Source: a virus
Lineage: Duplodnaviria > Caudoviricetes
Virus record (IMG/VR): IMGVR_UViG_3300025320_000144
Span: 1 to 49,877 of that record
DNA length: 49,877 nucleotides
Reading direction: 5' to 3' (one strand)
Of this stretch, positions 26,256 through 35,100 are shown piece after piece. The notes under the pieces were generated by a model. The model was not told where the DNA came from. It made no database searches and worked only from the letters and a program-made list of their open reading frames with translations. Numbering within the stretch: position 1 is the stretch's first letter; each line of letters opens with the position of its first letter. The position numbers and the translations under genes were made by a program.

Positions 26256-26966
26256 ATGAGCAATGAGTGCATCCCTCTGTATGAGGGAAACACCATCACC
26301 GTGCTGTCGACGACAGCACTGAACGGCAGCCGATTCGTCGGCGCGCCCTCTGGTGGTGTGGATTCCGTTACCGGCTGCCTTCAGGCTGGCCTGCCCGCCT
26401 ACGGCGGGCCCGTGATCGGCGTCGCCGGTTACGACGCGCCCGCGGGCGTCGTGGTTCCGGTGCTGCGCGCCGGTTCGATGCTTGTGGTCCCTGTGATCGC
26501 CGTTGCGACGGTCACCGAGGATCAGGTGCTGCAATGCGACGCCACCGGCGGCGTGCTGCCGGTCGTCGACGAGTCGGAAATTCAGGTCGTCACCATCCTG
26601 GGCGCGCCCACGGGCGGAACGTTCACCCTCAGTTTCGGTGGACAGACCACGAGCGGACTCGCGTACAACGCGACTGCCTCGACGATTCAGACTGCGGTGC
26701 AAGGGCTTTCGTCCATCGGATCGAGCAATGCGACCGTGACCGGTAGTGCGGGCGGTCCCTGGACTGTCACGTTCGCCGGATCGCTGGCCAACACCAGCGA
26801 GCTTTTGATCACTGACAACCCCGCGAGTCTGACCGGCGGCACCACGCCGTCGGTGGTTGTGACCGAGTCTCAGCGCGGCGGGTTCGGCGTGCGCGTCGGC
26901 GTGGCCTGGGGTTCGGCTACCACCGGCAATCCGGTGCTTGTCGCGCTGAACGCCAGCGGGAACTAG
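26256..26966 (+). CDS. Capsid decoration/cement protein with an inserted ~95-aa domain
   Basis: IGVAGYDA, DATGG and VGVA...A motifs flank a GGTFTLSF domain. Confidence 0.75.
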   Translation: MSNECIPLYEGNTITVLSTTALNGSRFVGAPSGGVDSVTGCLQAGLPAYGGPVIGVAGYDAPAGVVVPVLRAGSMLVVPVIAVATVTEDQVLQCDATGGVLPVVDESEIQVVTILGAPTGGTFTLSFGGQTTSGLAYNATASTIQTAVQGLSSIGSSNATVTGSAGGPWTVTFAGSLANTSELLITDNPASLTGGTTPSVVVTESQRGGFGVRVGVAWGSATTGNPVLVALNASGN

Positions 26967-26982
26967 GAGAGGGGCGCAAGCC

Positions 26983-27894
26983 ATGGCTACCACTGCACCG
27001 ATTTATTACCCCCTCGGCCCGGCTACCGTCGACGGCCCCGACATCACGCTCGATGTGATGTTGAACGAGCCGACCCGGATCACGAGCTATCTGCAGGACA
27101 TCAGCCTGCAGAACTTTTTCGCGGACAAGATTTTCAGTCCCGCCGGCGGGGTCGAGGGCGGATCGGTCATCTACGACCAGATCACCTACAACGACCTGTA
27201 CCCGACCAACGACGTGCAAGACGTCGCGCCCGGTTCGGAGTTTCCGAACCTGTCCGCGACGCGCCCCACGCCGCTGGTGGCGACTCCTGAAAAGTTCGGT
27301 GGCTTCTACAAGGTCACCGACGAGGAGAAGAGGCGCGACAACCCTGTCGTGATTCAGCGCATGGGTGTGAAGGTGATGAATGCCATCACCCGCAAGATCA
27401 ACACCCGGGCTCTGGCGTCGCTGGCCGCGTCCCTGGCTCAGACCGGCGGCGCGACAACCATGAGCGGCGTCAACTGGGCGGCGACCATCACCGGCGGCGC
27501 GAGCCAGACCACCAATCAGGATTGGCCCGCCGCGGACTTCAGCAAGGCGCAGCTGATCGCGGATCAGACCGAGTTGGGCTATGTCTTCGATCTGTGGATC
27601 GTCAACCCGCAGCAGAAGGCCCAGTTCAACCAGGTCTATTCGGGTGTCGGTGCCGCACAGCAGCAGTTGGAGAGCTACGGCATCACCATGTACGCGACCA
27701 ACCGGTGCCCGCCCGGGCAGGCGTATGCGGTCTCGACTGGCCGTGTCGGCCATATGTTCATGGAGGTCCCGCTTTTCACGGAGACCTGGCGCAAGCCCGA
27801 GAACCAGTCCTACTACGTGCAGTCGAGCTGCTCACCCCTGTTCACGGTGACCGACCCCTACGCGGTCGTCGTTGTGACCGGGCTCAACGGGTAG
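26983..27894 (+). CDS. Major capsid protein
   Basis: LNEPTRI, VAPGSEFP, KFGG...VTDE; position. Confidence 0.9.
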   Translation: MATTAPIYYPLGPATVDGPDITLDVMLNEPTRITSYLQDISLQNFFADKIFSPAGGVEGGSVIYDQITYNDLYPTNDVQDVAPGSEFPNLSATRPTPLVATPEKFGGFYKVTDEEKRRDNPVVIQRMGVKVMNAITRKINTRALASLAASLAQTGGATTMSGVNWAATITGGASQTTNQDWPAADFSKAQLIADQTELGYVFDLWIVNPQQKAQFNQVYSGVGAAQQQLESYGITMYATNRCPPGQAYAVSTGRVGHMFMEVPLFTETWRKPENQSYYVQSSCSPLFTVTDPYAVVVVTGLNG

Positions 27895-27917
27895 CGCACC
27901 CCCCCCAGGAGAGGCAC

Positions 27918-28403
27918 ATGACCACAGCTGCGCAGGATTGCGCCGAGCGCGTCGTCAAGATCGGTTTGGCGACCTACCGCAACGAACACAACCGCACCAC
28001 CTACGCCCAAATGCATGCGACCGTCCGGATCCATCCGGACGACGTGGAGCACTTCGACCGGTTGAACCATCCTCCGAAGATCGGGGCAATCCTGGATCCC
28101 ATGCCGGGCATAGAGGACGTTCGGCGCGAGCCGACCGCGGCCGAGAGGCGCATCATGGAAGGTTTCGGGGAACGCCCGATCACCCACGAGGCGCAGCTGA
28201 TCGCGTTGGCCGCCGCCGAACAGCAGGACGACTTCGCGGCAATCGAACGCGAGCGCGAAGTGCGGCAGCGCGTCGATGAGACGCTGCAGCAGTCCTCGAT
28301 CGAGGACGAGGTGCAGCGGCGCGTCGAGGCCGAGCTCGCGCGCCGCGCGCAGGAAGCTGTCGAGGCACCGACGGCGACGAGCGCTCGGAAGCCGCGAGGC
28401 TGA
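27918..28403 (+). CDS. Hypothetical head-region protein
   Basis: AGGAG RBS; ORF. Confidence 0.7.
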   Translation: MTTAAQDCAERVVKIGLATYRNEHNRTTYAQMHATVRIHPDDVEHFDRLNHPPKIGAILDPMPGIEDVRREPTAAERRIMEGFGERPITHEAQLIALAAAEQQDDFAAIEREREVRQRVDETLQQSSIEDEVQRRVEAELARRAQEAVEAPTATSARKPRG

Positions 28404-28405
28404 CG

Positions 28406-28921
28406 GTGGTTTCGTCCTCGTTGGCGTACGCCACGCTCGATGATCTGTCGGCGCGGTGGTCCGCGATGCCGACCGACGAGGCGTCCGAGACGATGGCGAC
28501 CACGCTGCTCGGGGACGCGAGTTTCTGGTTGCGCCAGTGGTTCCCGGTCGAGACGGCGCAGATGGACGCCGGGCAGCTCGATCCGACCGGCGCGGTGATC
28601 CTGACGTGCACGATGGTCAAACGCGCCCTGGTCAACGCCATGAATATCGGCGTGGCCAGCGCGACCGACACCCAGGGCCCGTACACCACGACGCGGGCGT
28701 TCTCGAATCCTGATGGTGCGCTGTACATCACGTCCAACGAGCGCACCCTCATTCAGGGCGGCGGCCGGATGGCGGCCAAGTCGATGACGATGGGATCGCC
28801 GCCGCGGGTGGCGTGGCATCACACCTCGATCAACGCGCCCGGGCCGAGTTTGTGGCCGGCCGCGCAGGTGTGGCCTGAGCAGCGGTTCCCGTTCCTGGAA
28901 GACGAGCCGCAAGCACCATGA
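28406..28921 (+). CDS. Head-to-tail adaptor
   Basis: YATLDDL..RW, C.MVKRA, GPY, NPDGALYIT..E. Confidence 0.85.
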   Translation: MVSSSLAYATLDDLSARWSAMPTDEASETMATTLLGDASFWLRQWFPVETAQMDAGQLDPTGAVILTCTMVKRALVNAMNIGVASATDTQGPYTTTRAFSNPDGALYITSNERTLIQGGGRMAAKSMTMGSPPRVAWHHTSINAPGPSLWPAAQVWPEQRFPFLEDEPQAP

Positions 28922-29253
28922 CGCAACCCGTTTCCGGCGGCCAGAGGATCACCATCACCCGGACGCCGAAAGACCAGTACGGCAACCCATCCGGTGATCC
29001 GTCGTCCTGGCCGATCGACAACGCCCTGTTCTGGCAGGACGAGGTGACCTGGGACATCACCCGTCGCAACACGAGCATCGTTGTCGGCTACGTGTCGGTG
29101 CCTCGTGGTAGCGACATCGCGCAGGCCGACGAGGTCACCCTCGCCGACGAGCGCACTTTTCTGGCGATGGCCGCCCCTGAATGGGATCAGAACCATCCGC
29201 TGTCCGCCGCTCCCAATGGCTACATGGCGGTCCGGGTGAGGGGGGTGTTCTGA
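28918..29253 (+). CDS. Head-to-tail stopper
   Basis: DQYGNP motif; position. Confidence 0.7.
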   Translation: MTQPVSGGQRITITRTPKDQYGNPSGDPSSWPIDNALFWQDEVTWDITRRNTSIVVGYVSVPRGSDIAQADEVTLADERTFLAMAAPEWDQNHPLSAAPNGYMAVRVRGVF

Positions 29254-29637
29254 GTGGAGAACGTGAACGTTCCAGGCGCACAGGGCGGTGACAATCCGTT
29301 CGTGACGCAGTACCTCAAGTCGTCCGACGCGAAGAAACTCGTTGCGCGGCAAGGCAACCGCCTCGCGAGCATCTACCGAGCGAGTGTGCACAAGCGCACG
29401 GGTCGCCTGGCGGCGTCGACCACGGTCACCGTCGTGATGGGCGGCCGCAAGGCGGACCGCTGGGAAGCGCATGTCACGGTAACCGCGCCGTACGCGGCCA
29501 GCCACGAGTTCGGCACCGAGTTCGACGCTTTTGTCGCACGCTCGGCGAGCACGCCTAGCGCGCATCCGAGGCGTGAACGCGATCTGCGGGCTTACCACGA
29601 GTTGTGGGACAGCCTCAAGGCAATGGACTGGTCGTGA
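29254..29637 (+). CDS. Neck/tail completion protein
   Basis: RTGRLAAS, YAASHEFGT. Confidence 0.75.
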   Translation: MENVNVPGAQGGDNPFVTQYLKSSDAKKLVARQGNRLASIYRASVHKRTGRLAASTTVTVVMGGRKADRWEAHVTVTAPYAASHEFGTEFDAFVARSASTPSAHPRRERDLRAYHELWDSLKAMDWS

Positions 29638-30137
29638 CGCTCACGTTCCCGGACTGGTACGTCGGTGGCATTCCGACGGTCGACAAGGTCACGGCGAACC
29701 TGCTGCAGCCGTACCTGAGTCAGGTCGGCCCTGTCGCGCCGACGGCGTGGTGGCAGCTGCCTCAGGCGTACGGCGGCCAGCTGCCACTGGTGTGGTGTTT
29801 CCGCAAGCCGGGCGCGCTGGACATCACCACGCTGAGGGATCACGCCATCGTCTACGTGGGTGTGATCGCGGCGACTCCTGATGACGACTGGTATCTCTAC
29901 GAGTATTGCCGCCAGATGCTGATCGCGTGCCGTGACGGTGTCACGGTGACGATGCCGCCGGACCTGTGGCATCCGGATCCGTGGTCTGTGTTCGTCGATC
30001 ACGTCGAGGAGCTCGAGGGCCCTGAACAGGTCGAGGAGATGAACCCGATGTTGCGGTTGACACCGGGGATGTTCCATCTCAGCCTGCGGGCCCCGGATTC
30101 GGTCCCGGACTACCGAGTCCTGTTGGGCATCCGCTAA
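29634..30137 (+). CDS. Tail terminator protein
   Basis: FPDWY.GG start; position before the major tail gene. Confidence 0.7.
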   Translation: MTLTFPDWYVGGIPTVDKVTANLLQPYLSQVGPVAPTAWWQLPQAYGGQLPLVWCFRKPGALDITTLRDHAIVYVGVIAATPDDDWYLYEYCRQMLIACRDGVTVTMPPDLWHPDPWSVFVDHVEELEGPEQVEEMNPMLRLTPGMFHLSLRAPDSVPDYRVLLGIR

Positions 30138-30210
30138 CCCACTTCATTCCGTCCGTGTCCTCTTGGGCCACGGCATATTTCCGTGCCCGAATCCCGGGCG
30201 TTAGGAGCAC

Positions 30211-31209
30211 ATGATGACCACCGAGACTCTCAACTTCACGACCATCAAGGGCGCAATCACCGCGCTGCAGATCGGCGCGATCGACATGGCGCTGTTCCTC
30301 GCGGTCGGCGATTCGCTGGCACTGCCGACCGCCTACGCGGTGCAGTCGGGGGACCTGGCCGGCGACCTGGCGGCGCTCCCCGCAGGTTTCTGCCCGGTGG
30401 GGATCATCGAGAAGAAAAGCGGCGCGGCGCTGCAGAATACGATCACGGTCACCTCGACCGAAGGATACGGATACCAGGAGGCCACGCGCCTCATCCGCAA
30501 GTCCCGCGAGGTGACGATCGACTTCACGATGCTGCAGACCGGGCTCATGCAGCTCGGCCTGTACTGGGGCGTCGATTTCACCGGCATTGTCGCGGATGAG
30601 ACCACTGGTGAGGTGAACTTGCCGATCGCGGAGACCGCTCTGGATCTGGAATACCGCGCGATCATGATCGGCAAGGACGGCGCGGCAGGCAAAGAGGTCT
30701 ACACGATTTATGACGGGCCGCGCGCGACGGTCAGCAAGAACGGAAAAGTGCAATGGAACGATGACATGGTTCAGAGCTATCCGGCCACGCTCACGTTGAT
30801 GTTCGACAGCGACTACAACTACGCGGTGCGGCCGTCGTTCTGCGGTCTGGGCTGGTTCAACTCGCTGGCCGCGCTGGCGGGTTTCATGCCGCAGAGTGCC
30901 GTCCAGACCATCACCTTGACCGGCATCCCGACCGGCGGAACTTTCACGGTCAGCTTCGATGGCCAGACCACTTCCGGTATCGCGTACAACGCTGCGGCCT
31001 CGGCGGTGCAGTCGGCGCTGCAGGCGCTCTCGACTATCGGGGCGGGCAACATCACGGTGGCCGGTAGCACCGGCGGTCCGTACACCGCGACCTTCGGCGG
31101 CGCGCTGGCGAATATGCCTGTCTCGTTGATGACAGGCTCGGCGGCCAGCCTTACCGGCGGCACGTCTCCGGGTGTGGTCATCGCCCAGACCACCGCCGGC
31201 GAGTACTAA
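30211..31209 (+). CDS. Major tail (tube) protein with C-terminal extension
   Basis: Position; AGGAG RBS; C-terminal GGTFTVSF domain. Confidence 0.85.
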   Translation: MMTTETLNFTTIKGAITALQIGAIDMALFLAVGDSLALPTAYAVQSGDLAGDLAALPAGFCPVGIIEKKSGAALQNTITVTSTEGYGYQEATRLIRKSREVTIDFTMLQTGLMQLGLYWGVDFTGIVADETTGEVNLPIAETALDLEYRAIMIGKDGAAGKEVYTIYDGPRATVSKNGKVQWNDDMVQSYPATLTLMFDSDYNYAVRPSFCGLGWFNSLAALAGFMPQSAVQTITLTGIPTGGTFTVSFDGQTTSGIAYNAAASAVQSALQALSTIGAGNITVAGSTGGPYTATFGGALANMPVSLMTGSAASLTGGTSPGVVIAQTTAGEY

Positions 31210-31278
31210 CCAACCGATCTGCCGCCCGCGCCTCCTTCCACTGGGCGCCCGCGGCTTTCGCATCTTCAAGGAGTCGAA

Positions 31279-31635
31279 TTGCCCACCACCCGCGCCGCGA
31301 AGAACGATGACGATGACCGCGGTCCGACGTACTTCGAGCTGATCACCGAAATCGACGAGGAGGATCTGCCGAAGCCGATCCAGGTCAAGGCGTCTGCAGG
31401 TGCCAAGTCGTTCATCGTGCAGCCGATGAACGCCAAACGTTTGTTCGACATGCGCGCAGCGATCAAGGCAAACGATACGAATGCCTATGAGCACGCGGTG
31501 CTGGGGGATGCGTTCGATCCGGCGATGGCTATGTACGGTATGAAGCCGCGCGAGTTCTGGATGAAGTTCGTGCGCCAGGTGGAAGACCACTTCTATGGCC
31601 GCGGGGCGTCGACGGCGGCCGCGCCGGGAAAATAG
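31279..31635 (+). CDS. Tail assembly chaperone (G-like)
   Basis: AAGGAG RBS, TTG start, ends GGA AAA TAG. Confidence 0.8.
   Translation: MPTTRAAKNDDDDRGPTYFELITEIDEEDLPKPIQVKASAGAKSFIVQPMNAKRLFDMRAAIKANDTNAYEHAVLGDAFDPAMAMYGMKPREFWMKFVRQVEDHFYGRGASTAAAPGK
31626..31632 (+). other. -1 programmed frameshift site G GGA AAA
   Basis: Slippery heptamer just before the stop; the -1 frame is open to 32126. Confidence 0.85.
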
Positions 31636-32126
31636 CGGGCCTCGCCGGCCTGATCGATTTCATCGAGGACTACTGGACCGAGATCGACGGCGACTTTCAG
31701 CTGAATCTGCATTGCGATGCGCTCGACTGGATTCGCCGGAAACGCCCGTGGCAGCAGTTCTTTCGTCTCGTCGAGCGCCTGGATGCGGGCTCGGCGTACT
31801 ACTCGCGATTGCTCGATGACGAGGAGCTCGCCGAGTGGCAGGAGAAGCGGGCGGCGCAGCGTGAGGCGCAGCGTGAGGCGGAAGGCCTTCCGGATGCCCC
31901 ATCTCGTCCGCCGCTGCTCGGTTTCACCACGTTGCATCACACGCTGTACGACCTGATCGATACCACCCGGGCGATCGCTGCTGCCGATCCGTCGCAGGTC
32001 AAGGCGTGGCCGCGGCCGGAGACGGCACGCGAGCGGCTCCGTAAGAGGGCCAAGGCGCAGAGCCATTACGACGTGATCACCAAGGCCATGGGGCGCCCAG
32101 TCCCGCTATTCGCACCGAGGGGGTGA
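31632..32126 (+). CDS. Tail assembly chaperone frameshift extension (T-like)
   Basis: IAGLAGLIDFIEDYW... in frame with ORF 31809..32126. Confidence 0.8.
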   Translation: MAGLAGLIDFIEDYWTEIDGDFQLNLHCDALDWIRRKRPWQQFFRLVERLDAGSAYYSRLLDDEELAEWQEKRAAQREAQREAEGLPDAPSRPPLLGFTTLHHTLYDLIDTTRAIAAADPSQVKAWPRPETARERLRKRAKAQSHYDVITKAMGRPVPLFAPRG

Positions 32127-32129
32127 TAC

Positions 32130-35100
32130 ATGCCTGACTTTCAAGCTGGCAGTGCAAGCGTCCGAATTGGAATAGATATGCGCCAATTCGACCGCGATCT
32201 CGAAGGTGAGCTGAAGGCTCGCGACGTCGAACTCGCTATCGGGATCAAGCCGTCTGATACGGCCATGGCGGATCTGCAGACCAAGCTCGACGCAATGTCG
32301 AAGGCGGCTGACCTGCACGTCACGGTCGGGATCCGTACCGATACTGCCGCGGCGACAACGGAAATGGAGGCGTGGCGCGCGGAGCAGGATCTGAAGCCGC
32401 TGCATCAGCGCGTCGCGGTAGACAAGGACTCGGTTGCGGGTGCGAAGTCCGATATCTCCAAGGCACGCAGCGACATAGCCAAAGCCTTCGGCGAGTTCGG
32501 TTCCGGTGCACAGCTTTCACTCGGCACCATCGCCATCCAGGGCATCCCGGGCGCTATCGCCGGACTGCTGTCAGTGGCCGACGCAGCGGCCAAGGCCTCG
32601 CATGCGGTCGCGCTGATTCCGGCGATCGGCTTCGCCGGGGGCGCCGGTGCGGCAGCTCTGGCCACCGGCATCCACGGCATCCCCGACGCGCTCAAGGACT
32701 ACACGTCCCTGGACAAGGACCCGAACGCGACCGCGCAGAAGCAAGTCGACGTCTCCAACGAGGTCACCGCGGCGCAGTCCCGGCTACGGCTCGAGCAGAC
32801 CAACCTCACCGACACCATGCGGACCGAGTCGCGCGCGATCCGGGACATGAACGATGACTTCACCGCCTCGAAATTGGCGACCGACGGTGCGGCGCTGAGT
32901 GCGTCGGAGGCGGCCAAGCGGCTGACGGAGGTCATGCATGATCCGACGGCCGACGCGGACACGCGCAAGCAGGCGCAGCTGGACTCGCAGGAGGCTATCG
33001 GCCGGCTCACCCAGCAGCAGAACAAGCAGCAAGACCTGACGCAGGACACTGCGCGCGCGAACGCTCTCGGCGTCGACGGCTCGAGGCAGGTTGTTGCCGC
33101 GATGCAGCAGGTCACCGACGCTGTTAACGAGGTGGCGAAAGCTGAGAACGCTCTGAAGCGCGGCGGCGCGATGGCGGATCTTGACGCCGCGCTGGCGAAG
33201 CTCTCACCGAACGCGCGGGCCCTCGTCGAGGAGTTCCACTCGCTGTCTCCGGAACTGCAGGATATCCGGCGCTCGTCGCAGGATGCACTGACCAACGGTC
33301 TGGCCGCGGATTTCGGCGCGCTGGCGACTACCCAGCTGCCGAACGTGAAAACCGGGCTGACCGAGATCGATGCGGCGATCAACACGGGCTTGCGTTCATC
33401 GCTGCACGAGTTGTCCACGGCAGGCGAGCAGGTCGATTTTGGTGTGTCCCTGCACAATACGGCGTTGGGGTTTGAGAACGCCGCGGGCGCGGCCGCGCCG
33501 CTGACGCACGCGATGACCACCCTGGTCACGGTCGGCACCGGCTTCTTTCCGGTATGGGGCGAAGGGCTCACGCACCTCGGCGAGGAATTCGATTCCTTGG
33601 TCACCAAGAGCGCCGGTAACGGCAACCTCGTGACGTGGATCCAGGAGGGCGATACCGCGATCAAGGAGCTCGGCACCGGCCTTGATCATGTGGGCTCGTC
33701 GGTGGCATCGGTGTTCCGGGCCGCGGCCGACGAGGGTAGTGGCCTGCAGGGGTTCGACGATTGGTCCTCCCACATATCGAGTTTCCTGAAAAGCGTTCAG
33801 GGACAAGATGATCTGCAGACATTCTTTATGGACGGGAGAAGCGAGCTCGAGAAGTGGAAGCCCGTCCTCGAGGACATCCCGGCCATCGTGAAGCAGGTCG
33901 TGGACGTGACGCGGACATGGTCCGACCTGACGATGCCGTTCCTGAAGACCACGGCCGATCTGCTGGGTCAGCATCCGATCCTGCTCGAAACTGTCCTGCT
34001 GAGCTACCTGCGCCTGAAGACGGTGTCTCCGATCCTGGACGGTGTCAAGGCCGGATGGGGCGCGATCGCAAAGTCGATGGATGCGGTCAATAGCAAGAGC
34101 GACGACTCCGGTACCGGAGCGGCATCCAAGAATGCCGCGACGTCCGCGCTGGCGGTGGAAGCGGCGACTTTACGTGTGGCGCAGGCGAAAGCGACGGAAG
34201 CGAGCACGCAGGACCGCCTCGCGATCGCTACGCGCCGCGCCGCTGTGGCACTGGAGAACTCCGGCGCGGACTCGATCGCGTACGAGGCCGCGGCCGCCCG
34301 GGTGGCAGCAGCGAACCGGACGATCGAAACGTCGGCCGCCGCGACCGAGCTCGCCATCAAGCGGCTCGACGTCGCTGAAGCGGGCACCGCGACAGGAGGG
34401 GGTTTGAGCGAGGAGGAGTCGCAGGTCGGCCGATTCGCGAAACTACGCGGAGCCGCTCAGGGTGTCATGGGGCTGCTCGGCGGCCCGTGGGGTATCGCGA
34501 TGCTGGCCGGCGGCGTGGCCGTCACCGGATTCGTCTCCAGCGTGGATGCGGGAACCCAAGCGGTACAACGCTTTCAGGATCAATCGCGTGAAAGTGCGAC
34601 TGCTGCAGCAGATTTACAGAAGGCGGTCCAGACGTCCGGCGGCAAGCTGGACCCCTCGGTGCTGGACCAGGAAACCCAGTCGATCACGCAGCTCCGCACC
34701 CAGATGGAGGCCAACGCCAAGGACACCCCCGGATGGATGGACACGATCACGGCGTCGTATGCGAGCGTCTTTTCCGAGATCAGCGGTGGCATCGGTAAGG
34801 GCGTCGCGGCGAATGAAGATTTGCGTGAGTCGACGGACGCGACCAGTAGTGCAGTGAAGGCCGCGTTCGGCGATCTCGGTCTTTCTGACCAGCAGCTCGC
34901 CGACACTGTGAGCGGCAGTCAGGGTGCGTTCGATTCGGTCGAGCAGCGCCTCGAGGTGATGGGCGCGGGCGGCGAAGACGCGGCGGCGAAGCTGCGCGAC
35001 CTGCGCGGCGAGCTCGGCCAGGACCAGGCCGACGCAGCAGACGCCGTCGGGCAGGCATTCCAGAAGATCGGCGACACGGCACAGACGGCTGCGGATTCGG

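Noticed and set aside
26577-31190. Diversity-generating retroelement TR/VR pair
   Set aside because: Similarity is at the protein level with many non-adenine differences; no reverse transcriptase recognised in the window
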